DNA of 62,919 nucleotides, the filler included. It is 5 parts of 5 records of this genome, joined end to end, with 100 filler letters (N's around TTAATTAATTAA, not from the genome) between each part and the next. Parts side by side here need not be neighbours in the genome. Positions count along the whole stretch, not along the records: positions 1 to 12,459 come from SRR2962707_3146; positions 12,560 to 37,914 come from SRR2962707_3149; 3 more parts are not named here. One strand, written 5' to 3'. The position numbers and the translations under genes are program-made. Of this stretch, positions 12,234 through 22,395 are shown one piece after another. The notes beneath the pieces are model-generated. The model worked only from the letters and a program-made list of their open reading frames with translations. It searched no databases and had not been told where the DNA came from. The stretch's first letter is position 1. Each line of letters starts with the position of its first letter.

Positions 12234-12459
12234 GACTGATGAAAAGCCTGATGTCAAGTTGGCCTGAGACGCGGGCCGACTCTCCAACATCGCGACTACC
12301 TTTAAGACAAGGCGTAGTGAGTTGCATGAGTAGTTCAGCCGTGGAGGGGCCAGGAAGGTATTCAGGTTGGATCCATCTATATCTGGTCAAGCCCGAAGGG
12401 GAGTAATCTGTGCCGAATGGTCGCGCGCTGCCGGGTACTGGGTCCCGGGTCTTCGCCCG

Positions 12460-12559
12460 NNNNNNNNNNNNNNNNNNNNNNNNNNNNNNNNNNNNNNNNN
12501 NNNTTAATTAATTAANNNNNNNNNNNNNNNNNNNNNNNNNNNNNNNNNNNNNNNNNNNN
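12460..12559. other. Artificial contig spacer
   Basis: N44-TTAATTAATTAA-N44; stops in all six frames. Confidence 0.98.
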
Positions 12560-13955
12560 GGCGGTGATGTATCTGGGCAAGATCGTCGAACGGGGCCCGG
12601 TCGACGAGGTTCTGGGCAACCCCCAGCACCCGTACACGCGCGGCCTTCTCAATTCGATGCCGCGGTTGGATGGAGACTATACGGCCCCGCTGCAGGCCAT
12701 TCGCGGCATGGTGCCCACCCCGGCCAACCGGCCCACCGGTTGCCCGTTTCACACGCGATGCGGTCAGGTGATCCCCGGCGTTTGCGATCTGGAGATGCCG
12801 CAATACAGCTGCGTCGAGCCATTTCACAAAGTAGCCTGTCATGCCTATGACGGCGCCGCGAACGCGTTTGCAACCCGTGAAATCAAGCCGACGGACGTCG
12901 TCCTTGAGACCCCCACCGAGGTCAAACCCGACAGCGCGATACCACTCCTCGCCGTCGGTCACATCTCGAAAGCCTTTCCCACCCGCGCCGGCTTTCTCGA
13001 GCGCGTTGTGGGCCATGTCCGGGCGGTGGAAGATGTGAGCCTGACGATCGATCGGGGCGAGACCCTTGGGCTGGTGGGGGAAAGCGGATGCGGAAAGTCC
13101 ACGCTGGCGCAGACGCTGATCGGCATTCACAAGGCCGATAGGGGGACGGTGACATTCCGGGCGGGGGCGGATGCAACGCCCATCGACGTCCTCTCTGCGC
13201 GCGGCGCCATTGCCGGCAAAATGCGCAACGATATCCGCATGGTGTTTCAGGACCCGACCGGATCGCTCAATCCGCGCTTGCGCGTGCGCGATATCATTGC
13301 CGAGGTGCTCGAGGTCAATACGAAAATGACCCGCGCAGAAATGGACGCAAAGGTCGAGGCGCTGCTGCTTGAGGTGGGATTGAGCCCGGACTATGCAGGC
13401 CGTTATCCGCACGCTTTTTCCGGCGGCCAGCGTCAGCGCGTCGCCATAGCGCGAGCTCTCGCTTCGGACCCTCAATTGGTGATTGCCGACGAGGCGGTGT
13501 CGGCGCTCGACGTATCGGTTCAGACCCAGATCATCAATCTGATGAAGCGCCTGCAGCGCCAGCACGGGCTGACCTATCTCTTCGTGTCGCACGACCTGGG
13601 CGTCATCGCCAACATCTCCAATCGCGTTGCAGTGATGTACGCGGGGCGCATTGTCGAGATCGGCCGCACGGCGCAAATTTTTCAGGCTCCGCGCCATCCC
13701 TATACCGAGGCGCTGCTCGCCGCCATTCCGGGCAAGGCGCGGCGCGGGCTTGCGACGGCGACCGGGCGTATCGACGGTCACGCGCCCTCGGGCGGGGCGA
13801 GTGAAACCGGTTGCGCGTTTGCCAACCGCTGCCCCTATGCGGTGGCTGTGTGCCGCTCGGCAGTGCCAAAGCTCGAAAGCGATGGGCCAAACCAGCCCGT
13901 GGCGTGCCACCGGGCGGGCGAACTTGCCCTCGTCTCTCCTGTCCGGGCCGCATAA
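12560..13955 (+). CDS. Fused double oligopeptide/dipeptide ABC ATP-binding protein (5' truncated)
   Basis: End of first NBD (HPYTRGLL...GCPFHTRC), then a second NBD with GESGCGKST, FSGGQRQR, IADEAVSALD and a C-terminal Cys-rich oligo_HPY segment. Confidence 0.93.
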
Positions 13956-13981
13956 TTTCAAGCTTTAGATCGAGTTTTTCC

Positions 13982-15118
13982 ATGCCCGCCCTTCTGGCGC
14001 CAGCGCTGCTGTTTTTTTCCAACGCGCTGATGCACATAACGCTGTTTACCCGCCTGCCCGAAATCGTCGGGGCTGCCGGGCTCGACAAGGCACAGCTCGG
14101 ACTCGCCCTGCTCGGATTGCCGGTCGGTACGGTGCTGGCACTGCCGGTGGCCGGCCGGCTCAATGACCGACTGGGCCCCCATGTCGCGGCACCCGCCATG
14201 CTGGCGGCAAACGCCTTGCTGATGCCGCTGTTCGCGCTGGTGCCCGGGCTGGCCATCGGAGTTCTATTTGCGCTCTACAGCTTTATCCGCACGGTGCTCG
14301 AAGTCGCGCAGAACATGGTGGCCATCGGCATCGAGCGGCGCACCGGCACGTCCGTCCTTTCGCGCAGCCATGGCTTCTGGTCGGTGGGACTTTTTGCAGG
14401 GTCGCTCGCCGCCGGTGGCCTGGCCGGGCTCGGGGCTACGCCGTTCTGGCATCAGGTGATCATCAGTCTTGCCACATTGATTTTCATTGTAGTGTTTGTG
14501 GCGATCGCGCCGCATGACGCCATGGCACGGCGCGAGCCATTGGCAAAACGGCCGCGGTTTGCCATGCCCAACAGGGCCATCTTTTTGATCTTTGCGATGA
14601 CCGTGGGGATCGGGCTGACCGAGGGCACGATCTACGACTGGTCGATCTTTTACATGCAGGAGGTGATCGGCACCGATGCTGCGACGGCGGGCTTTATTTT
14701 CGCCGCCTTCACCATTGGCATGGGGATAACCCGCATGGTCGGCGACAGCCTGCGCATGCGCTATTCGGGCGCCACACTGGTGCGCGGCAGCGTGGTCTTG
14801 TGTGCGCTGGGCATCGGTGTGCTGCTCACGGGTTCCGGGCCGCTGCAGGCCGGTGTCGCGCTTGCCATGCTGGGGGCCGGGGTTGCCCTGAACGCCCCGA
14901 TCGGTGTCGCTGTCGTTGCAAAACTCCCCGGCCGTTCGACCGCCGAAAACATGGCTGCGCTCTCAATGGTGGCGCTGATCGCCACGTTCGGCGTTCCGGC
15001 GCTTTTCGGCTTTGTGGCGGAGTCGTTTGGCTTGCGCACGGTTTTTGCAGGCCTCGTGCCTTTTCTGGTCATCGGCTTTTTGCTGGCGCCAGTGGCGGGA
15101 CGCCGCGCTGACCGATAG
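13982..15118 (+). CDS. MFS transporter
   Basis: About 12 hydrophobic segments; GRLNDRLG and RMVGDSL loop motifs. Confidence 0.88.
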   Translation: MPALLAPALLFFSNALMHITLFTRLPEIVGAAGLDKAQLGLALLGLPVGTVLALPVAGRLNDRLGPHVAAPAMLAANALLMPLFALVPGLAIGVLFALYSFIRTVLEVAQNMVAIGIERRTGTSVLSRSHGFWSVGLFAGSLAAGGLAGLGATPFWHQVIISLATLIFIVVFVAIAPHDAMARREPLAKRPRFAMPNRAIFLIFAMTVGIGLTEGTIYDWSIFYMQEVIGTDAATAGFIFAAFTIGMGITRMVGDSLRMRYSGATLVRGSVVLCALGIGVLLTGSGPLQAGVALAMLGAGVALNAPIGVAVVAKLPGRSTAENMAALSMVALIATFGVPALFGFVAESFGLRTVFAGLVPFLVIGFLLAPVAGRRADR

Positions 15119-15288
15119 CGGCAGGCGGTATTCACCAAAGGCCCCGGCGCGGTTCCGCATCCCGACTGGAGATCGGAATAAATTCCTTGCTCTCGGGCGC
15201 TTTTTAGATCGCGCATTCACATAGCCCCGTCGAGGGCGCAAAGCCCGATCCTTAGTATGGCGTCAGGTTTAAACGCACGGAGGCATTC

Positions 15289-16278
15289 GTGAAAAAAATT
15301 GTTCTGACGCTGGCCCTTGCCCTTGCCGCTACCCCCGCAGCAGCCCAGCCCACCGATATTCTCAACGTCTCCTATGATATCGCGCGCGAGCTTTATGCGT
15401 CGATCAACGAGGCCTTCATTCCCTATTATGCCGAGCAGACGGGCACACAATTGACCGTCAACCAGTCCCACGCCGGGTCTTCGACGCAGGCGCGGGCCAT
15501 TCTCGAAGGGCTGCAGGCGGACGTCGTGACCTTCAACCAGGTGACCGACATCAACGTTCTGGCCCAGAACGGGTTTGTGGCTGAGGACTGGCAATCGGCG
15601 TTTCCCAACAACGCATCGCCCTATTATTCGCTGCCGGCCTTTCTGGTGCGCGCGGGCAACCCCAAGGGCATCGAGGACTGGGACGATCTGGTGCGCGACG
15701 ATGTTGCGGTGATCTTGCCCAATCCCAAGACGTCGGGCAATGCGCGCTACACGTATCTGGCGGCGCGCGCTTTCGCCAATGACGCATTCGGGGGCGACGA
15801 CGCGCAGGTGGCAGAATTCCTCACCAGCTTTTTCGGCAATGTTCCGGTGTTTGAAACCGGCGGGCGCGGCGCGACGACCGCGTTCGTCGAACGGCGTCTG
15901 GGCGACGTGCTGATTACCTTCGAGGCCGAAGCGCTGGCCATTGCCGCACAACAGGGGTCCGACTACGAAGTCGTCGTGCCCAGCGTCTCGCTTCTGGCCG
16001 AGTTCCCGGTTGCCGTGGTCGATCGCGTTGCCGAGGCACGCGGCTCGAGCGAGATTGCGCAGGCCTATCTCGAATTTCTCTATTCAACACAGGGCCAGGA
16101 AATCCTGGCACAGAACTTCAACCGCGTTCATGACGAAGCGGTGGTTGCCGAATATGCGGACAATTTCCCTGAAGTCCGGCTGGTGACCGTCGAAGACGAG
16201 TTCGGCGGTTGGGATCGGGCGTCCGAAGAGCACTTCGCCGAGGGCGGATTGCTCGACCAGGTGTTTTTGAACCAGTAA
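15289..16278 (+). CDS. cysP: Thiosulfate/sulfate ABC substrate-binding protein
   Basis: Signal peptide; LNVSYD, QSHAGSS, ADVVTFNQVTD and PNPKTSGNARY, which are CysP-type rather than Sbp-type wording; GGAGG RBS. Confidence 0.9.
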   Translation: MKKIVLTLALALAATPAAAQPTDILNVSYDIARELYASINEAFIPYYAEQTGTQLTVNQSHAGSSTQARAILEGLQADVVTFNQVTDINVLAQNGFVAEDWQSAFPNNASPYYSLPAFLVRAGNPKGIEDWDDLVRDDVAVILPNPKTSGNARYTYLAARAFANDAFGGDDAQVAEFLTSFFGNVPVFETGGRGATTAFVERRLGDVLITFEAEALAIAAQQGSDYEVVVPSVSLLAEFPVAVVDRVAEARGSSEIAQAYLEFLYSTQGQEILAQNFNRVHDEAVVAEYADNFPEVRLVTVEDEFGGWDRASEEHFAEGGLLDQVFLNQ

Positions 16279-16349
16279 GACCGGCATCTGCAATTTTTGG
16301 CGGCGTGATTGTTTCAGTCACGCCGCTTCTGACGATTTGGAGCGATAGG

Positions 16350-17195
16350 TTGGGCCTGGCGCAGAGACTGCACAGAAAATCGATCCTGCCGGGCTTCGGG
16401 CTGTCGCTGGGCATCACGCTGACCTACGCGACGGTCATCATCGTTTTGCCGCTGGCCGCGATGTTTCTCAAGACGGCCAGCCTGGGATTCGATGAGTTCA
16501 TTCGCGTGACGACCTCGTCGCGCGCTCTTTCGGCTTATTGGATCACCTTTTCATCGGCTGCGCTGGCAGCAGTCATTGATGCGGTGATCGGGCTGTTGCT
16601 GGCGTGGGTTCTGGTGCGCTACCGGTTTCCTGGACGGCGGGCGCTCGATGCGCTGATCGACCTGCCCTTTGCGCTGCCGACGGCGGTGGCCGGGTTGATG
16701 CTGGTGACGCTTTTTGCGCCCAATGGCTGGTATGGCGGGCTGCTTGAACCGATGGGGTTGCAGGTCAACTACACCCAGATCGGTATTGTCATCGCTATGG
16801 CGTTCACCAGCCTGCCGTTTGTGGTGCGCTCGGTGCAGCCGGTGCTCGAAGAGTTCGAGGGCGAGTTCGAGGAAGCGGCGAGGAGCCTTGGGGCGTCCAA
16901 TATTCAGGTTTTTGCGCGGGTGATCTGGCCGGCCATCCTGCCGGCGTTTCTCACCGGGACCGTGCTCAGCTTTGCGCGGTCTTTGGGGGAATTTGGCGCC
17001 GTGGTTTTTATAGCAGGCAACATTCCGGGCATGACCGAAATCGTGTCGCTGCTGATCTATATCCGGCTCGATGAATACAATTATCCCGCCGCCGCCGCGC
17101 TGGCGAGCGTGTTGCTGGTGGCTTCATTTGCGACGCTTCTGGCGACCAACGGGTTGCAGGCCTGGCAGATGCGCTACGCGGAGGGTTCGCGATGA
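16350..17195 (+). CDS. cysT: Sulfate ABC permease CysT
   Basis: LPGFGLSLG, DLPFALPTAVAG, EAA motif and ARSLGEFG; TTG start inferred behind GGAG. Confidence 0.92.
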   Translation: MGLAQRLHRKSILPGFGLSLGITLTYATVIIVLPLAAMFLKTASLGFDEFIRVTTSSRALSAYWITFSSAALAAVIDAVIGLLLAWVLVRYRFPGRRALDALIDLPFALPTAVAGLMLVTLFAPNGWYGGLLEPMGLQVNYTQIGIVIAMAFTSLPFVVRSVQPVLEEFEGEFEEAARSLGASNIQVFARVIWPAILPAFLTGTVLSFARSLGEFGAVVFIAGNIPGMTEIVSLLIYIRLDEYNYPAAAALASVLLVASFATLLATNGLQAWQMRYAEGSR

Positions 17196-18025
17196 GTGCG
17201 ATAGCGGCGGCGAAGAAGCGGCAGCGCAGTTCTGGAGAGCGTGTCCTGATCGGTGCAGCGCTGGTTACGGCCGCGCTGGTGCTTGTGGTTCCGCTGGCCC
17301 TGATTTTCGCCTTTGCGTTCCGCGAAGGCTGGGGCGCGTATCTGGCCAATGTGCTCGAACCCAATACTCTGCATGCTGTGTGGCTGACCATGCTGACGGC
17401 GCTTGTCGTCGTGCCGATCAATATGGGCTTTGGCATTGCAGTGGCATGGCTGGTGACGCGGCACCGTTTTGTGGGCCGGAGCCTGCTGCTGACCATTGTC
17501 GAGCTGCCGTTTTCGGTCAGCCCGATCGTTGCCGGTGTAACCTACCTGTTTCTCTATGGCGGACAGGGCCTGCTGGGGCCAACGCTGATAGCAGCCGGGT
17601 TTCCGATCATGTTCACGGTGTTCGCGATTTTTCTCGTGAGCCTGTTCGTTACCGCGCCCTATGTGGCGCGCGAGTTGATCCCATTGATGCAGCAGCAGGG
17701 GACGGCCGATGAAGAAGCGGCGCTTTCGCTTGGGGCGAACGGGCGGCAAATGTTCTGGTTCGTTACCCTGCCCAATATCCGCTGGGCACTCCTTTACGGA
17801 GCGATCCTGTGTAATGCGCGGGTGATGGGTGAGTTCGGGGCCGTCTCGGTGGTTTCAGGTGCCATCAGGGGCCAGACCAACACACTGCCGCTGCAGATTT
17901 CACTGCTGTTCAATGATTTCAACGTCACCGGCGCCTTTGCCGCCGCGACGCTGTTAGCCATGCTGGCGGTGCTGACCATCGTTCTCAAAGCGCTGCTGGA
18001 ATGGGGTGGCGGGACAGCACATTAG
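17192..18025 (+). CDS. cysW: Sulfate ABC permease CysW
   Basis: PFSVSPIVAG, ARELIPLMQQQG, EEAA and MGEFGAVSVVSG; ATGA overlap with cysT. Confidence 0.93.
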   Translation: MSAIAAAKKRQRSSGERVLIGAALVTAALVLVVPLALIFAFAFREGWGAYLANVLEPNTLHAVWLTMLTALVVVPINMGFGIAVAWLVTRHRFVGRSLLLTIVELPFSVSPIVAGVTYLFLYGGQGLLGPTLIAAGFPIMFTVFAIFLVSLFVTAPYVARELIPLMQQQGTADEEAALSLGANGRQMFWFVTLPNIRWALLYGAILCNARVMGEFGAVSVVSGAIRGQTNTLPLQISLLFNDFNVTGAFAAATLLAMLAVLTIVLKALLEWGGGTAH

Positions 18026-18121
18026 AGCATCTCAGCGCTTCCTTGAAGCGCCTCAACTGCTCTAAGTCTTTGTTTTGTCGCGTTTCCCCTGACGTTCCGT
18101 CAGGCAGCAAATACGCTCCAG
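18022..18121. repeat. Alphaproteobacterial two-hairpin intergenic repeat (RIME/BRU-RS/CIR-like)
   Basis: TTAGAGCA...GCGCTTC-ctt-GAAGCGC...TGCTCTAA, then spacer GTCTTTGTTTTGTCGCG, then CCTGACG-ttc-CGTCAGG; a related copy lies at 37860-37914. Confidence 0.6.
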
Positions 18122-19137
18122 CGCTTTGGTTTGAAGGCAATGTGGGAGTCGGCCGTCTCCGGGTGATCGGCGGGAATTTCGATTTCGACGCGCTGCTGGG
18201 CGCCGCCCACTTCGAGTTCGACCTGACGCGTGCCCGCCGTGCGACGACTGGACACCACGGTTCCGGCGATGGCGGTTTCTTCGCCCGATACGATTTCGAC
18301 ATCGTGAGGGCGGAAAAACAAATGCCCCCGCCCGTCAGCGATACCGCGTGAATCAAGGCCGAGCGGACGATCGGCGAAATAGAGCTGGCCGCGTTCGATG
18401 GTAACGGGGAGCTTCGAGGATTCCCCGATAAAGGAAAATACCGTCGGGGAATTGGGCGTGTCGTACACCTCATCGGGCTTGCCGATCTGTTCGATTTTGC
18501 CCTGGCTCATGACGACGACACGGTCGGCCAGTTCGAGTGCTTCTTCCTGATCGTGGGTGACGAACACCGTCGTGTGGCCGGTGGAATCATGGACTTCGCG
18601 CAACCAGCGGCGCAACTCCTTGCGCACCTGGGCATCGAGCGCGCCGAAGGGTTCATCGAGGAGCAGGACTTTGGGCTCGATAGCCAGCGCACGTGCCAGA
18701 GCCACGCGTTGGCGCTGGCCGCCCGAAAGCTGGTTGGGGTATCGCTTTTCGAGCCCCTGGAGCTGGACGAATTCGAGCAGGTCACGAGCCCGCTTTTCGA
18801 TCTCGCTTTTCGACGGACGCTCGCTGCCCTTTCGCACCTTGAGCCCGAAGCCGATATTGTCGAGGACGGTCATGTGGCGAAACAGGGCATAATGCTGGAA
18901 GACGAACCCAACATTGCGCTCCTGGACGGATTTGAGCGAGGCGTCCTCATCGCCGAAATAGATTGCCCCTTCGGTGGGAAAATCGAGCCCGGCGATCAAC
19001 CGCAGCAGCGTGGTCTTGCCCGAGCCCGACGGGCCGAGGAGCGCAATAAGCTCGCCCGATTTGATGTCGAGGGAGACATCGTAAAGGGCGGGGAACCGCT
19101 CGAATTCCTTGCGCACGTTTTTGACTTTTACTTCCAT
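18100..19137 (-). CDS. cysA: Sulfate ABC ATP-binding protein
   Basis: GPSGSGKTT, VFQHYALFRHM, LSGGQRQR, LLLDEPFGALD, TOBE-like C-terminus; start at ATG 19137. Confidence 0.95.
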   Translation of the reverse strand: MEVKVKNVRKEFERFPALYDVSLDIKSGELIALLGPSGSGKTTLLRLIAGLDFPTEGAIYFGDEDASLKSVQERNVGFVFQHYALFRHMTVLDNIGFGLKVRKGSERPSKSEIEKRARDLLEFVQLQGLEKRYPNQLSGGQRQRVALARALAIEPKVLLLDEPFGALDAQVRKELRRWLREVHDSTGHTTVFVTHDQEEALELADRVVVMSQGKIEQIGKPDEVYDTPNSPTVFSFIGESSKLPVTIERGQLYFADRPLGLDSRGIADGRGHLFFRPHDVEIVSGEETAIAGTVVSSRRTAGTRQVELEVGGAQQRVEIEIPADHPETADSHIAFKPKRWSVFAA

Positions 19138-19341
19138 CGGTATCGTTCCGCCGCTCCAGCGTCTGTCTTGGGTCCCCGCCATCCACGCTTGGTGGCGAAT
19201 GAGGGCGAAGTGTTCATATAAAGGATTTCGCCTGTCCTGGCATGGTCAACATGTTGCCAACGGGAGTGTTTTCGCGGCGGGGGTGCCTTCGATAGTCGAT
19301 TATTCCGCGCTGAGCGGAACGAGCAGCCTTGCTATCGCCGA

Positions 19342-19373
19342 GGGTTGAAACTTTCGGGAAAATATTTCAACCC
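19342..19373. promoter_or_regulatory. Inverted repeat in the cysA/galR divergent intergenic region
   Basis: GGGTTGAAA-N14-TTTCAACCC with perfect 9-bp arms. Confidence 0.45.
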
Positions 19374-19460
19374 AGCTGCCGTAAACCACCGCCAAGACTG
19401 GCAATGAGCCGGCAACGGACTTAACGTCGCCCCGCCGCAGATGATCTGGTCGAGAGGTAC

Positions 19461-20642
19461 ATGGCACCACACGCGCTCAACCTGCGCCATTTGCGACTTG
19501 TGCTGGCCGTTGCCCAGACGGGCTCGATCACCAGGGCCGCGCAAATGTGCAGTATATCCCAGCCGGCGGTGACCCAGGCGCTCAAGAAGCTCGAGGCCCA
19601 TTTCGGCGTCCCGTTGTTCGATCGCAATCTGAACGGCGTCTTCGTCAATGCCACTGGCCGCATTCTCGCTTCGCGAGTAGAGCGGGCCATGGGATTGCTC
19701 GATACAGCGGCGGGCGCGCTTGGCACAGTACCGCGGCTGACGGCCAGCACGGCGCGGCTCAAGGCGCTGGTCGAGATGGCCCATGCCGAAAATTTTTCCA
19801 TAGCGGCGCGCAATATGGGGATCGCGCAGCCGACAATTCATCGCGCGATTACCCAGCTCGAGGAGGAAGTGGGCCGAACGCTGTTTCAACGCACCCAGTT
19901 CGGTTCAATACCCACGCGCTCGGGCCAATTGCTGGCCCAGGCCGCGCAACTGGCCTTTGCCGAGTTGGCGCAGGCCGAGATGGAGATTGCCGAAGCGGCT
20001 GGGCAAGGCACGCTTTCGATCACCATCGGCGGCATGCCGCTCTCGCGCTCCTACGTCTTGCCGGGGACCATCGCAAATTTTCAGGCCCGGCACCCGCAGA
20101 TGCATTTCAGAATTGTCGAAGGGCCTTACGAGACGCTGCTGGCCGGATTGCGCCGGGCGGAAATCGATTTGCTGTTCGGGGCCTTGCGGTCCCCGGCGCC
20201 GGTCGATGATGTGTTCCAGGAGCATCTTTTCGACGACGAATTGGTGATCGTCGCGGCGCCGCAGCACCCCTTGACCCGCATCGATGCGCCCGATTTCGCC
20301 CAGGCGCTGGCGTTTCCATGGGTTGTGGCCATCCCCGGCACGCCTGCCCGCGACCAGTTCGACGCGCATATTCTCAAATCGGCTGCCTATCTGCCGGCCA
20401 CAATGGTTGAAACCAGCTCGATGATCCTGATGCGCGAACTGCTGCACAAGGGCCCTTACCTGGGCGCTGTTTCACGATTGCAGGCTGAAAGCGAAATCGG
20501 CAACGGGCTGATGACCGCGCTGCCACTGGTGATAGAGGAAAGCCGGCGCGCCATCGGGCTGACCGTGCGCGCCAACTGGAAGCCGACCCGGATGCAGAAC
20601 GATTTTCTGGAGCTGGTCCGGGCCGAGTTCAAGAGCCGCTAA
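19461..20642 (+). CDS. galR: LysR regulator with two tandem HTH domains (GalR/LigR type)
   Basis: 393 aa; HTH1 GSITRAAQMCSISQPAVT and HTH2 NFSIAARNMGIAQPTIH; adjacent to galBCD. Confidence 0.82.
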   Translation: MAPHALNLRHLRLVLAVAQTGSITRAAQMCSISQPAVTQALKKLEAHFGVPLFDRNLNGVFVNATGRILASRVERAMGLLDTAAGALGTVPRLTASTARLKALVEMAHAENFSIAARNMGIAQPTIHRAITQLEEEVGRTLFQRTQFGSIPTRSGQLLAQAAQLAFAELAQAEMEIAEAAGQGTLSITIGGMPLSRSYVLPGTIANFQARHPQMHFRIVEGPYETLLAGLRRAEIDLLFGALRSPAPVDDVFQEHLFDDELVIVAAPQHPLTRIDAPDFAQALAFPWVVAIPGTPARDQFDAHILKSAAYLPATMVETSSMILMRELLHKGPYLGAVSRLQAESEIGNGLMTALPLVIEESRRAIGLTVRANWKPTRMQNDFLELVRAEFKSR

Positions 20643-20651
20643 ACCGTTACG

Positions 20652-21731
20652 CTAGAAAACGAGGCCGTCGACCAGCTTGCGGGCGGTGCGCAGGACGCCT
20701 GCTGACAGCAGATCGCCATTTGGATCGAGCTTGGCGACGACGGTGAATTCGCCGGTCGGGTGTTCAACGGACATCGATTTCTCATCTCCCCCCGCGATCT
20801 GCGCGTATCGCGCGGCCGGCCCTTCTGGGAGCAGGCACGCGCTGGCAACGCTGACTGCGGCCAGAACGCCGATGGCATCGTGGCAGCGATGGGGAATGAA
20901 GCTGCGCGTGGAAATGGCGCCGCCGTTCTGCGCGGGGCTGACCAAGGTCATCTTGGGAACCGACTTGGCGGCAACATCGCCCAAATTCATCATCGGACCG
21001 ACTGCCAGCCTGATGTCCTCAAGGCGGGACCTGAGCGTTTCATTGGCCTCGAGTTCGGATGGAGATTCGGTGCCGGTGATGCCGAAATCGGCAGCATCGA
21101 GGATGACGCAGGGCATGCCGTTGTCAATCATGGTGACCTCGATGCCGTTGACGGTGTCCACAGCATTGCCGGTGGGCAGGAGGGCGCCACAGGTCGAGCC
21201 GGCGGTGTCCTCGAAAACGATGGGCATGGGCGCTGCGGTTCCGGGGACGCCATCGATACGGGCGCTGCCCGCATAATCGACGACACCGCTGGGGGTCTGG
21301 ACGCTGGCGGTCGCCACCTGGCCGGTGTTTTCCATGAAGATGCGGACGTCGGTGACGCCGTCGCGCGCTGCGACCAGACCACGCTCGATGGCGAACGGCC
21401 CGACGCCGGCAAGGATATTGCCGCAGTTCTGGCCGTCGGTGACTATAGGTTTGTCGACGAAGACCTGCAGGAACAGATAGTCCACATCGACCCCCTCGCG
21501 TTCGGAGGGTTTGACCACAGCGACCTTGGAGGTCAGCGGATTGGCGCCGCCCATCCCGTCGATCTGGCGCGGATCGGGCGAGCCCATGATCCTCAGAAGC
21601 AACCCATCGCGTTCGGCGGTGTCGGACGGCAGGTCCCGGGCAAGAAAGTACCCACCCTTGGAGGTGCCGCCGCGCATCCACATGACGCGCGTGCCATCGA
21701 TTTTGTCCCCGACCGCAGTTGGTTCAGACAT
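20652..21731 (-). CDS. galD: 4-oxalomesaconate tautomerase (PrpF/FldA family; LigU)
   Basis: [35 protein letters not shown] and LRTARKL; ATG at 21731 overlaps the galC stop. Confidence 0.92.
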   Translation of the reverse strand: MSEPTAVGDKIDGTRVMWMRGGTSKGGYFLARDLPSDTAERDGLLLRIMGSPDPRQIDGMGGANPLTSKVAVVKPSEREGVDVDYLFLQVFVDKPIVTDGQNCGNILAGVGPFAIERGLVAARDGVTDVRIFMENTGQVATASVQTPSGVVDYAGSARIDGVPGTAAPMPIVFEDTAGSTCGALLPTGNAVDTVNGIEVTMIDNGMPCVILDAADFGITGTESPSELEANETLRSRLEDIRLAVGPMMNLGDVAAKSVPKMTLVSPAQNGGAISTRSFIPHRCHDAIGVLAAVSVASACLLPEGPAARYAQIAGGDEKSMSVEHPTGEFTVVAKLDPNGDLLSAGVLRTARKLVDGLVF

Positions 21732-22395
21732 ATTTGAGGCCCTTTTCCTTGAGCCTTTCGCGCATGCCGTAGATATCGAGGCCGAGTTCGCCGGCGGCGA
21801 GGCGCTTGCGCTTCGCCTCTTCGTTTTCGACGCGCTGGCGCGATGCTTCGAGCACCTGCGTCGCTTCTTCGCGCCGCACGACGCACACCCCGTCATCATC
21901 GGCGACGATGATATCGCCGGGATTGACCATCTCGCCCGCGCAGACGATGGGCACATTGACCGAGCCCAGGGTTTCCTTGACGGTCCCCTGGGCAAAGATC
22001 GCTCTGGACCAGACCGGGAAATTCATCGTCGTGAGATCGGCGACGTCACGGACCCCTGCGTCGATGATGAGGCCCTTGCAGCCGCGCGCGAGAGCCGAGG
22101 TGGCCAGAAGATCGCCGAAATAGCCGGCGTCGGACGGCGAGGTGGGCGCAAGGACGAGGATGTCACCATCCTTGAGTTGTTCGATGGCCACGTGGACCAT
22201 CCAGTTATCGCAGGGGGGGGCCGAAATGGTGACGGCGGAAGCGGCCAGCCGCGCGCCGGTATAGATGGGCCGCATGTAAGCAGCCAGGAGCCCCTTGCGC
22301 CCTTGGGCCTCATGCACCGTCGCAACGCCGCATTCGGCAAGGCCGGCAATGATTGCGGGATCGGCCCGCTCGATGTTCTGAACCACGACCCCCAT
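21724..22395 (-). CDS. galC: 4-carboxy-4-hydroxy-2-oxoadipate aldolase / oxaloacetate decarboxylase (LigK, RraA-like)
   Basis: [32 protein letters not shown] and ADDDGV. Confidence 0.93.
   Translation of the reverse strand: MGVVVQNIERADPAIIAGLAECGVATVHEAQGRKGLLAAYMRPIYTGARLAASAVTISAPPCDNWMVHVAIEQLKDGDILVLAPTSPSDAGYFGDLLATSALARGCKGLIIDAGVRDVADLTTMNFPVWSRAIFAQGTVKETLGSVNVPIVCAGEMVNPGDIIVADDDGVCVVRREEATQVLEASRQRVENEEAKRKRLAAGELGLDIYGMRERLKEKGLKYV

Noticed and set aside
12460-12559. TTAATTAATTAA palindrome recurring four times as a possible biological repeat or att site
   Set aside because: Always centred in exactly 44+44 Ns; a standard six-frame-stop contig linker.
12504-13961. Long antisense or alternative-frame ORFs (e.g. 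12504-13961 -, 1028-2032 -, 5986-7005 +, 25780-27009 -, 34027-35487 -)
   Set aside because: Shadows of well-supported genes in high-GC DNA, with no motifs or RBS; some run into the N linker.
20652-21995. 447-aa ORF as a galC-galD fusion or N-terminally extended tautomerase
   Set aside because: The extra 88 codons are an alternative frame of galC; the PrpF-family sequence starts at ATG 21731.
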